From a virus: a DNA stretch of 64,000 nt. The stretch lies in IMG/VR virus record IMGVR_UViG_3300033746_000013. One strand, given 5' to 3'. Below are positions 39,767 to 48,961 of the stretch, in pieces. Made by a program: the position numbers and the translations under genes. The notes beneath the pieces were generated by a model, which was given only the letters and a program-made list of their open reading frames with translations, searched no databases and was not told the DNA's origin. Position 1 is the stretch's first letter. The number at the start of each line of letters is the position of its first letter.

Positions 39767-39773
39767 TATTATA

Positions 39774-40544
39774 ATGGATCATAATATAAAATATAAAAAT
39801 TTTACAGATTTAATAAAAGAAGCGATAAATCCTTCACAATTAGATGTTGATGTTTTAAAACAAAAAGAAATATTAAATCCTAAAATATGGGAGACTGATG
39901 AAAAAATAAAAGACGAAGTTAGAAAATATATTTTATTAAATGCTTATCAATTTATTAAATTTTTAAAAATTGATAATTTAAGAATAAAAGATGTTACTTT
40001 AACAGGTAGTATTGCAAACTATAATTGGAATGAGGATTCTGATATTGATATTCATATTTTAATGGATTTTTCACAAATTTCAAATAACCCAGATTTTGTA
40101 AGGGAGTTTTTCATGACAAAAAAAGAACTTTGGAATGAAAAAGATATAAAAATAAAGAATTATGATGTTGAACTCTATGTTCAAGATGTTAATGAAGAAC
40201 ACACTTCTACTGGTGTATATTCTGTTTTAAAAAATGAATGGATTAGTAAACCTATTAAACAGATGATTACTATTGACGTTAATAACGTTAAACAAAAAAC
40301 AATGGATTTTATACAGATTATTGAAAGTTTATCGCAAATAAAAGATCCAAATACTTTATTAACCTTAGTCAACAAGTTAAAAGATAAAATAAAAAAATAT
40401 AGAAAAAGCGGTTTAAGTGAATTTGGTGAATATTCAACCGAAAATTTAGTCTTTAAATTATTAAGAAATTACGGTTATTTGGATATGTTAAGTAAATACA
40501 AAGAAGAAGTAATAAAAAATAAATTAACTTTTGAAAATTATTAA
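39774..40544 (+). CDS. nucleotidyltransferase (Pol-beta fold), putatively virion-packaged
   Basis: TGSIANYNW...SDIDIHI, VELYVQD, GEYSTENLVFKLLR; likely start ATG 39774 after the late motif. Confidence 0.8.
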   Translation: MDHNIKYKNFTDLIKEAINPSQLDVDVLKQKEILNPKIWETDEKIKDEVRKYILLNAYQFIKFLKIDNLRIKDVTLTGSIANYNWNEDSDIDIHILMDFSQISNNPDFVREFFMTKKELWNEKDIKIKNYDVELYVQDVNEEHTSTGVYSVLKNEWISKPIKQMITIDVNNVKQKTMDFIQIIESLSQIKDPNTLLTLVNKLKDKIKKYRKSGLSEFGEYSTENLVFKLLRNYGYLDMLSKYKEEVIKNKLTFENY

Positions 40545-40546
40545 TC

Positions 40547-41785
40547 ATGAAAAAATATTATATAACAGAAGAACAATATAAATATCTTACCACAAAAAAA
40601 CAAACGGAAAAAATATATAATGATATTGTAAATGAAATTAGAAAATATGATTTATATTTAAACGAATCTCACCAATTAAATGAAGCAGTTGTAGATGTTC
40701 TAAAAAAATATGCTAAAAAGGGTTTAATGACTACAGCATTAATATCATCATTATTGTCTAATAATATTGTTTCAGCTAATGATTTAATGTCTGCAGGTAT
40801 ACCCAAAGATAAAATAGAAAATGTTCAAGATGATAAATTTTCACATATGGAAATATTAAATGAACTAATAAAAATATTAAAAACACGAGGACATGAACGA
40901 GATGAACCTATGTTTGAAAAATTAGTTAGTTTGGATGACGATGCACAAAAAAAGATTACTAGTGAAATATCGAGTAGAATAAATGATCTAAGTGATATGT
41001 GGAAATATAAATATAATATTTTAACAACCGCAGATAAACAATTTGATACTGATAGACGTGATATATCACAAATAGATAAAGAAAAAATTGTTAAAGTTGA
41101 TACATCTTTAGTTACAACAAATATTAAGGGTTTGGAGGAAACTTTTAAAAATAATTCCGCAGTAATATTAAAAAATGAAGAACTTAGAGATAGTTTGCAA
41201 AAAGTATTGAATTGTTATTACAACGTTAATGAAATACTTATAAAAACATCATCAAATACTCTTAGAAATACAGGTGATTTTGAAAATGTTACTTGGGAAG
41301 AGGGATCTTTATTGAGAGCAAATAATATTAAAGATATAATTTCTAAATTAGAATATTCATTGGGTTGTGAGAATCCCACAAAAAAAATAGACGATTCAAT
41401 TATTAAAATTGATGCTAGTGGTGAAAATGGTGATGGAACTAGTGGCCCTAAGTCACCATATGAAGTAGAAGATAAATATATTCAATATTACAAAAACAAT
41501 AATATTGATGAAAAATATTGGAAATCTAATGCTAAAGAAAGTCCATTATCTAACATTAGTGAATATGAAAAATTTAATAATGTCGAAATATTCATAAACG
41601 GTCTAGTTCTTGAAGAAAATGAATACGTGTATAGAAATTTCAAATATTTACAAATGATTCAACTTGATACTGGTAAGAAAACATCTAAGAAAACAAAATT
41701 AAATTTATTTGGAGGTGGAAAACCAAATAAATATGATGGTGGTAAAGTGGGTGCTATTAAATGTTCCAATCCACAAAATTATTAA
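40547..41785 (+). CDS. hypothetical virion-associated protein
   Basis: ITEEQY/LNE N-terminus; 412 aa. Confidence 0.55.
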   Translation: MKKYYITEEQYKYLTTKKQTEKIYNDIVNEIRKYDLYLNESHQLNEAVVDVLKKYAKKGLMTTALISSLLSNNIVSANDLMSAGIPKDKIENVQDDKFSHMEILNELIKILKTRGHERDEPMFEKLVSLDDDAQKKITSEISSRINDLSDMWKYKYNILTTADKQFDTDRRDISQIDKEKIVKVDTSLVTTNIKGLEETFKNNSAVILKNEELRDSLQKVLNCYYNVNEILIKTSSNTLRNTGDFENVTWEEGSLLRANNIKDIISKLEYSLGCENPTKKIDDSIIKIDASGENGDGTSGPKSPYEVEDKYIQYYKNNNIDEKYWKSNAKESPLSNISEYEKFNNVEIFINGLVLEENEYVYRNFKYLQMIQLDTGKKTSKKTKLNLFGGGKPNKYDGGKVGAIKCSNPQNY

Positions 41786-42267
41786 TATGTTGTTATGTGT
41801 AAATAATTCAATCTTCTTTTTTTACCACTAATATTTTTTATTTTATAACAAATTTCAAAGCCAACTCTTTTTATAGAGTTGGCATGATTAAAACTATAAG
41901 TTGTTTGATACGGTTTTTTTGTTTTATTATCTATGAAATGAGCATTTACAAATATATAATCATTTATATTATTTAAATCTTCTTCCGAATAAATTCTTTT
42001 ATTTATTTTTTTTAAAGTTTTTTGATTAAATTCGTTAATAATTGTATCATTTGTATTTATAGATACAATTAAGTATTCCAATACAATATTCCTATCTTTA
42101 TTTCTATTATTTGTTTCAACTTTAATAGATTCACCAATTTTATTTTTAAACTTTAAACTGATTATTAAATCCCTGTTTTCTTTATAGTTTGTTGCGTTGT
42201 TCTGACCATAAGACGGAACAATTAATACAACCAATAGAAACAACATCATCTTTTTCATCTCACACAT
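41782..42267 (-). CDS. exported hypothetical protein
   Basis: signal-peptide-like N-terminus; promoter TATATTTG at 42287-42294. Confidence 0.55.
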   Translation of the reverse strand: MCEMKKMMLFLLVVLIVPSYGQNNATNYKENRDLIISLKFKNKIGESIKVETNNRNKDRNIVLEYLIVSINTNDTIINEFNQKTLKKINKRIYSEEDLNNINDYIFVNAHFIDNKTKKPYQTTYSFNHANSIKRVGFEICYKIKNISGKKRRLNYLHITTY

Positions 42268-42427
42268 ATTTTTATTATTAATATTGCAAATATATTATAT
42301 TTTCTAAATATCAAACAAAAAAAAATATTAAAAAACTTTAATTAATAACAAATTAACACTATTTATATAAAAAGTTCATAATTTGACTATTTATATAAAA
42401 TAATAATAATAAATAAAAATTTATAAA

Positions 42428-44230
42428 ATGAAAAATAACAAATCTTTAGAAACTTATTTTGGTAGAATGAGAGAATTGTCCGATATAAAGGGTGATAAAA
42501 AACAACATACAAATCTAAACACCACCCTTGTTGAACATGCGAAAACAAATGATGGTACTGTTTTAGGTATTGTTAAAGATGCTCATCATTATTATATTAA
42601 AAAAACAACATCACAAGATGCAAATTTAACAGAATCTCATTTTGCATTTATAGGTGGGTTAGAAAATAAGAATGAACATAGGTTTGATAGTTTAGGGGAT
42701 GCTCAAAAACAATTAAATTTATACATTAAATCAATTAACGAGAATTTTTCTAAAAATAAAAAAATTTCTGAATCAAAAAAACAAGTTTTATCAGAAGATA
42801 AGAAATTGAATGATCCTAATTCTTGGATTCGTTCAATGATTTCAGAAGGAAAAAATCAGGAAAAAATTGATAAATTTAATAGATTTAAAGAATCAATGAA
42901 TTTAAATGAGTCTAAAGATATTAATGAAGATGATGAAATCGAAGATAATTTGGAAAACACTTCGGATGCTTTGGAAGATTTGAGTGATGAAATTAAATCT
43001 GATGAAACAGAAGATGTAGTTAAATCTGATGAAGTGGAGGACGAAGTTATTTCTGATGATGGTGATGAAACACCTTCGGAAGAATCTGATGGGGAAGAAT
43101 CTGAAGAAACACCAAAAAAAACTGATGGTGAGGAAGAATTTGATGCTGAAAAAACTGATGGTGAAGATTTAGATTTAGATGATTTAGACCTTGAAGATGG
43201 AGAAGAAACAGAAGAAACTGATGGTGAAGAAGAAAATCTGGATTTAGATGTTGATAAAGGTGAGGAAGAAGAATTATCAGATGAAGATTCGTCTGATGAG
43301 GGTAAAGATACCGAAATTAAAGAAATGGAAAAACTTATTGGTAAATTAACACATAAAGTTAGAAATTCTGATTTAACGCCTGAACAAACAAAATCATTTA
43401 TGAATTCATTGTTAAGTTCTTTTGAAACAGAGATCTCTGACTTGAAAGATCATGTAAAAAAAGAAATGGCTGATAAAATTCTAAAATCTAAAGAGGATGA
43501 AGAAGGTGAAATTTCAGAAGAAGATGAGTTTTCTAATGAATTAGATTCTGAAACCGAAGAAAGTTGTGACGAATGTGGTGGTTTTAATAATTATATTTCT
43601 GAGAGAGGATATGATGACGTTGAAAATGTTACACCTATGGAAATTGCCAATGTTATTTCTGGTTTTATTGATAGTAAAGAAGAATTATCTGATGAGGATT
43701 TAAATGAAGTTGCTAAATATTGTACAGAAGAGGTTGTTGGTGAATTGGGTGAATATGGATATGTTGACGAAATGAATAAATTAGAACCATATATTAAACA
43801 AATTAATGAGGAAGATGGAATGATGAAATTTGGTGGTGTTCAAGCTGATTTTGATCCTGATGATACTGATGTTGAATTAAAAGAAGAAGAAAATATGGAG
43901 GGTGATTTGGGTGATACAGTAGACGATGTTATTGATGATATTGCTGATGATTCTGTCACACCACAATCACCTCAAGAGATGCCAGCACCAGCAGAAACTA
44001 TGGGAGTTGGTAGTCCATCTACAAGTACATTAAACATTAATGCTAAAACTGGTGATGCAACTTTAACTATTAATGAAGAAAAAGAAAGGAAAATTAGAAA
44101 GTATATTCGTAATAGAATTGAAGAAAAAATGTCTAATAAAAAACCATCTTTGAATGAGAGTAAAAAATCAAACAAAATGAAAAAATTAGATTCTTTGATC
44201 GATAAAACATTGTTGAAATTAACAAAATAA
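42428..44230 (+). CDS. highly acidic prohead core/internal protein
   Basis: long D/E-rich tracts, many I/L-x-E sites, two late motifs upstream, adjacent to the packaging genes. Confidence 0.55.
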   Translation: MKNNKSLETYFGRMRELSDIKGDKKQHTNLNTTLVEHAKTNDGTVLGIVKDAHHYYIKKTTSQDANLTESHFAFIGGLENKNEHRFDSLGDAQKQLNLYIKSINENFSKNKKISESKKQVLSEDKKLNDPNSWIRSMISEGKNQEKIDKFNRFKESMNLNESKDINEDDEIEDNLENTSDALEDLSDEIKSDETEDVVKSDEVEDEVISDDGDETPSEESDGEESEETPKKTDGEEEFDAEKTDGEDLDLDDLDLEDGEETEETDGEEENLDLDVDKGEEEELSDEDSSDEGKDTEIKEMEKLIGKLTHKVRNSDLTPEQTKSFMNSLLSSFETEISDLKDHVKKEMADKILKSKEDEEGEISEEDEFSNELDSETEESCDECGGFNNYISERGYDDVENVTPMEIANVISGFIDSKEELSDEDLNEVAKYCTEEVVGELGEYGYVDEMNKLEPYIKQINEEDGMMKFGGVQADFDPDDTDVELKEEENMEGDLGDTVDDVIDDIADDSVTPQSPQEMPAPAETMGVGSPSTSTLNINAKTGDATLTINEEKERKIRKYIRNRIEEKMSNKKPSLNESKKSNKMKKLDSLIDKTLLKLTK

Positions 44231-44233
44231 TTT

Positions 44234-44656
44234 ATGTGTGAAAAAGATGATTTAAAATTAATATACGTATTAAAAGTAGGTCAAAACACTAAAAAAGAGA
44301 ATATTTTCGAATTTATATTTTCTAAAGATGAATCAAATATTGATTATAAAAAATGGGGTTGGGATGTTCACCCAGCATGTGATAATGCCAACCCCCCATC
44401 AGAAGATTATATTGATGAGATTGTCACAATAAAAACAGACGAATTTGATTTATTTTGCTTACATGATGCTACTGATAGAGAATATTTACATGGGTATTAC
44501 AATATTCACGCATTAGCATATGAATGGGAGGATGAAGAAAATATGGATTTATACCCTAGTTTGGAGGATGATATTGAACCAATATTGGTGTTTTTATATG
44601 GTATGTCTTTTAATGTTGTTAAAGACTTATTATATAGTAGAAATATAAGAATATAA
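44234..44656 (+). CDS. conserved hypothetical protein in the head module
   Basis: coupled ORF. Confidence 0.6.
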   Translation: MCEKDDLKLIYVLKVGQNTKKENIFEFIFSKDESNIDYKKWGWDVHPACDNANPPSEDYIDEIVTIKTDEFDLFCLHDATDREYLHGYYNIHALAYEWEDEENMDLYPSLEDDIEPILVFLYGMSFNVVKDLLYSRNIRI

Positions 44657-44681
44657 ATAAAAGTAAAAAAAGATATAAACA

Positions 44682-45221
44682 ATGGCAACACAAAAAATAA
44701 AAATTAGTGAACTTCGTAATTTGGTTAGGGAAACCATTAACGAAGAGAAAAAGAAAAGAAAACCAATTAATGAATCTAAAAATAAAAAACCTATAAATAA
44801 ATCAAATAATAAAAAAATTGGTTTAAATGAATTTAAATCTTTGGTAAAAAAGATAATTAATGAAGAATCGGGTACAGGTTTTGATATTGGAAATATTGAT
44901 TTACAAGGAACACAAATATTAGGTGATAATATTAAAGATTATTCACATAATATTCAATTAGAATGGCCCTCTAGTGATCCAAATTATACCTTATACATAC
45001 TTAGAGATCCGGGTAATATGACACCAATGAATGAAATGGTTGCAGTTATTACAAAAAGAGATGGGAGAATTATAAAAATTTTACAAACTGCTCGAAATAT
45101 TGATAATCTAATTAATATGTTGAATCAATCATTTAATATGCATATACCTGAAAAAAGAAATAATCATAATGATGAAGATGATGTTGATGATTATGGTGAT
45201 GATTTTGAAAACTTTTTTTAA
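44682..45221 (+). CDS. hypothetical protein with duplicated E(L/F)..LV...INEE motif
   Basis: ISELRNLVRETINEE and LNEFKSLVKKIINEE. Confidence 0.6.
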   Translation: MATQKIKISELRNLVRETINEEKKKRKPINESKNKKPINKSNNKKIGLNEFKSLVKKIINEESGTGFDIGNIDLQGTQILGDNIKDYSHNIQLEWPSSDPNYTLYILRDPGNMTPMNEMVAVITKRDGRIIKILQTARNIDNLINMLNQSFNMHIPEKRNNHNDEDDVDDYGDDFENFF

Positions 45222-45258
45222 TGTTGCTAAAACAGATTAATTTTTGTTTTGTATCATT

Positions 45259-45295
45259 AAAAACCCACTCATAATATTATGAGTGGGTTTTTTTT
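45259..45295 (+). terminator. intrinsic terminator
   Basis: AAAAACCCACTCATAA-tat-TATGAGTGGGTTTTT. Confidence 0.75.
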
Positions 45296-45325
45296 ATAAA
45301 ACTATTTATAAAAAAATATAAATTA

Positions 45326-46465
45326 ATGAGTGAAGATAAAGAACTAGAGATAATACCATCCATAATCCCTGATATAGAACTTCAAAAGAAAAAAGAAGAA
45401 GCTAGAGAACAATACAGAAAAATGATTGATAGTGGTAAAAAACCAGAGACAATGGTTATTACCCATAACAATAATTTAAAGGGTGTTAGTGAATTAAATA
45501 AAACAGAAATTGAAGATCAAATTATAAAATGTGCTACTGATCCAATATATTTTATTGAAACATACTTAACTATTTTTGACCAGACAAAAGGTGATAAAGG
45601 TATGATTGTACCCTTTAAATTATTTGAATTTCAAAAAACTTTAATTGATTCATTTTTAACTAATGATTTTAATATAGCAAACAAATATCGACAGGCTGGT
45701 ATTTCAACAACAACATGTGCTTTCCTTGCATGGTATATTATGTTTAATAAAAACAGAAGTGTTGCTATTATTGCTGATAAAATTATGACTGCTCAAGATG
45801 AATTAATGAGTGATGTTGTTAATTTTATTGAGGGTTGTCCTGATTGGTTAAAACCAAAACCTAGTAGAAAAAACACACAAAAATTAAAAAGATATGATAA
45901 TAACTCAGAAATTGGTGCATTTGCAGCAAAATCTGGATTAAGGGGTTATACTCCAACATTGTTATTTTGGGATGAAACTGCTTGGACTGAAAAAGGTGAT
46001 AAATTTTGGGAGTCTGCAGGCCCAACACTTCAAACTGGTGGTGCTGCTATATTTATTTCGACACCGAATGGGTTTGATTCTGTTTTTTATAAAACATATA
46101 GTTTAGCTACCGAAGATAAAAATTCATTCAAAGCGATTCAATTATATTGGTTTAATGACCCTCGTTATAATATTAATTTAAAATGGTATAAAAATAGGGG
46201 AAAACTTGATGAAATTATTATTGATGATGAAGACTTTACCAATGAAAAAAGAATAAAATTAAATAATGATGGATGGGAACCATATAATGTTTGGATGGAT
46301 AATCAAATCAAACGTGTAAATGGTGACATGCGTAAAATTAATCAGGAATTAAGGTGTGTTTTTGGTGATTCTCTCATAACAATAAAAAATAAATCAAACA
46401 ATAAAATCGAAACAATAAAAATATCAGAGTTTTACAATAGATTATATATAGAAAATAATTCTTGA
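45326..46465 (+). CDS. terL: terminase large subunit N-terminal (ATPase) half + split intein IntN (36 aa, 46355..46462)
   Basis: KCATDPIYFIETY, PFKLFEFQ, KYRQAGIST, RGYTP..LFWDETA, ISTPNG, QELR|CVFGDSLITI. Confidence 0.92.
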   Translation: MSEDKELEIIPSIIPDIELQKKKEEAREQYRKMIDSGKKPETMVITHNNNLKGVSELNKTEIEDQIIKCATDPIYFIETYLTIFDQTKGDKGMIVPFKLFEFQKTLIDSFLTNDFNIANKYRQAGISTTTCAFLAWYIMFNKNRSVAIIADKIMTAQDELMSDVVNFIEGCPDWLKPKPSRKNTQKLKRYDNNSEIGAFAAKSGLRGYTPTLLFWDETAWTEKGDKFWESAGPTLQTGGAAIFISTPNGFDSVFYKTYSLATEDKNSFKAIQLYWFNDPRYNINLKWYKNRGKLDEIIIDDEDFTNEKRIKLNNDGWEPYNVWMDNQIKRVNGDMRKINQELRCVFGDSLITIKNKSNNKIETIKISEFYNRLYIENNS

Positions 46466-46490
46466 ACTATTTATTATAAACTATAAAAAT

Positions 46491-47627
46491 ATGGATCAAG
46501 AATCATTAATAAATTATGTAAGCAATATTGATATTGATAGATATTATATTAAGGGTGGGTATGGAAGGTTTCTTAAAGAACATCCAAACATTATTGAATA
46601 TGTATATAAATATACTAATTCAATAGACTATCATGATATAAATAAAGGGATATTTCAAAAACTATTATTTATTAAAAAATATAAATGTATATCATTAAAA
46701 CCAATAATATTTGATAGGCAACTAAAAGATTTTAAAGAATCAAATATAAATGCAGCAAAAAAATATTGGTCTGAATTCAATTTAAGGACTGAAGAATATT
46801 ATTCTAAGGATTATACTGTTGAATTTTTAAAAAATAATTATCAAAAATACATTGGTAAATCTGGTAATAGAAAATTAATAAGGGATAATATTAAATTATA
46901 TGATAGTTTATATTATCACACACAAAACTTAGATAGTCTTAATAAAAACAAAAATAAATTCACTATGAGAATGTTTATATTAAAAGACAATATAGAAATT
47001 TTCTGTGAAAAACATCAAATATATAAAACTTGGAGATTTATAAATAATGATTTAGATATATATTGTAAAAAATGTACACATAAAAATTATCCATCAATAG
47101 ATTATTTTAAATATAAATATAAATCTAATTGGTCTGTTGAATACGCAAAATATAAAGAAAAACATGCAAAAAGAAAGTTACATAGTAGAGAATGGTTTAT
47201 TAAAAAATATGGAGAAGAAACAGGAATTGAAAAATATGAAATTTATGTTGAGAAATTAATAAAACAAATAGCAAAATTAAAAGGTAATAGATATAGTAAA
47301 ATATCCCAAGATTTATTTTGGAAAATACATAAAAAATTAAAGGATACATCAAATATATATTTTTTTGAAAAAAATCAAGAATTTGTATTAAGAATACCAC
47401 CAGAATATAATTATGATAAAACAGTTATGATATTAGATTTTAAAAAAGATAATAAAATAATTGAATATAATGGTAAATATTGGCATAATGAAGAGGACGA
47501 TGATATTCGAAAGAAAATATTAAATGATATGGGTTATGATGTTTTATATGTTTATTCAGACGATTATAATCGTAACAATAAAAATAAAAAAATAATTGAA
47601 GATTGTGTAAAATTTTTAACATGTTAG
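46491..47627 (+). mobile_element. free-standing homing endonuclease (Vsr/EDxHD-like C-terminal domain) between the terL halves
   Basis: YSKISQ, MILDF, IIEYNGKYWH..DD.R...L...GY.VL.V; has its own late motif at 46466-46474. Confidence 0.75.
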
Positions 47628-48898
47628 CAAACAATAATTATGAAATATTGAATTCTAAAAACGAATTTGTTGATTTTAAAGGTATTATTAAACATGAGAT
47701 TGATAAAGGTAAAAAAATAACGTTAGAAGATGGTAATAGTATTATTGTTAGTAATGACCATTTATTTTTTGCTGGTGAAAAAGAGATATATGTTTCATCA
47801 TTAATTCCAAATAAAACGTATATAACAACAAATGATGGTGATAAATTTGTTGTTAAAATAGAAGATGTTGAAGGTGGTTATTTTTATGATATATTTGAAT
47901 CTGAAAACTATGAATATTCAGCAAATAATATTTCAAATCATAATTGTGCTTTCCTTGGGTCTGGTGATAACTTTATTGCTGGTGAATATTTAAAACGTAT
48001 TGAAGAAAAAGAAGTTGAAGTCCCTATTCGTCAAGAATACACTGATAGTAATATGTGGATATGGGAAGACCCAATACCAACAGAAGATTATTTAATTGGT
48101 GTTGATGTTTCATCTGGTCATAGTGATGATTATTCATCTATTAATATTATGAAACAAGAAGAATATATTGAAAATGCTATTATAAAAAAGAATGGTGTTG
48201 ATGTTAAAGTTAAAGTTAAAAAAAACAAATTAATACAAGTAGCTGAATATTATGGTAAAATATCACCACAAGGATTAGGTGAAATAATATACATATACGC
48301 AACAAAATATAATAATGGTTATGTGGTTATTGATATTACTGGTGGTCATGGTGGACAAACTGTAAATAAATTATTTGAATTAGGGTATACTAATTTACAT
48401 TATAGTGAGATAACTCATAAACCATCAAGAGATATGTTAGGTGGTTATATACGAAAAGGTAAAAAAACATTATCTGATGGATCTATTATTTTTGTTGATT
48501 TAGTCCCCGGATTTTATATTGGTAATAATAGAGGTCAAGTATTGTTGGAATTTCAAAGAGCAATCCATTTAGAGGATTTAGTTATTAGATCTAGTAGAGC
48601 ATCAAACGAATTAAAAACATTCTTAAATGCACCCGGATCAAGAGTTGCAGATCATGGACGTTCTTTTCATGATGATTCAATTATAGGTATTGCAATAGTC
48701 ACATATACCGCAAATTATGATATGAAAAAATATAACATTGATGATAATTCAGCCAAATCATTAATAGATACAATGGTAAATGTAAATAATAATGAAAAAA
48801 GAGAGAAGTATAAAAACAGGAATGAATCTCTATTTGATAAAAATATATCTAATCCTTATGGTAAACATGCATGGTTATTTTATGGTATAAAAAAATAA
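47621..48898 (+). CDS. terL: split intein IntC (108 aa, 47621..47944) + terminase large subunit C-terminal (nuclease) half
   Basis: ATG 47621 overlaps the HEG stop; SNDH (block B), FYDI (block F), SNHN|CAFLGSG; then IGVDVSSG..DDYS, HDD. Confidence 0.9.
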   Translation: MLANNNYEILNSKNEFVDFKGIIKHEIDKGKKITLEDGNSIIVSNDHLFFAGEKEIYVSSLIPNKTYITTNDGDKFVVKIEDVEGGYFYDIFESENYEYSANNISNHNCAFLGSGDNFIAGEYLKRIEEKEVEVPIRQEYTDSNMWIWEDPIPTEDYLIGVDVSSGHSDDYSSINIMKQEEYIENAIIKKNGVDVKVKVKKNKLIQVAEYYGKISPQGLGEIIYIYATKYNNGYVVIDITGGHGGQTVNKLFELGYTNLHYSEITHKPSRDMLGGYIRKGKKTLSDGSIIFVDLVPGFYIGNNRGQVLLEFQRAIHLEDLVIRSSRASNELKTFLNAPGSRVADHGRSFHDDSIIGIAIVTYTANYDMKKYNIDDNSAKSLIDTMVNVNNNEKREKYKNRNESLFDKNISNPYGKHAWLFYGIKK

Positions 48899-48961
48899 AA
48901 TAAACTATTGAATTATAACATAATTATAATTAAATTTACTATTTATTAAAAAATCATTTTT

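Noticed and set aside
39639..39773. N-terminal extension of the nucleotidyltransferase ORF (likewise 3195-3230, 4591-4644, 47603-47620)
   Set aside because: They overlap neighbouring genes or promoter motifs; downstream ATGs fit paralog alignment and motif spacing better
46463..46490. Stop-codon readthrough or alternative genetic code joining terL-N to the endonuclease
   Set aside because: Reading through TGA meets TAA within seven codons; long genes are intact under code 11 and the MCP ends in TAG before a terminator
46466..47620. Group I intron in terL
   Set aside because: Only 25 nt of non-coding sequence flank the endonuclease, too little for a ribozyme; intein motifs explain the split
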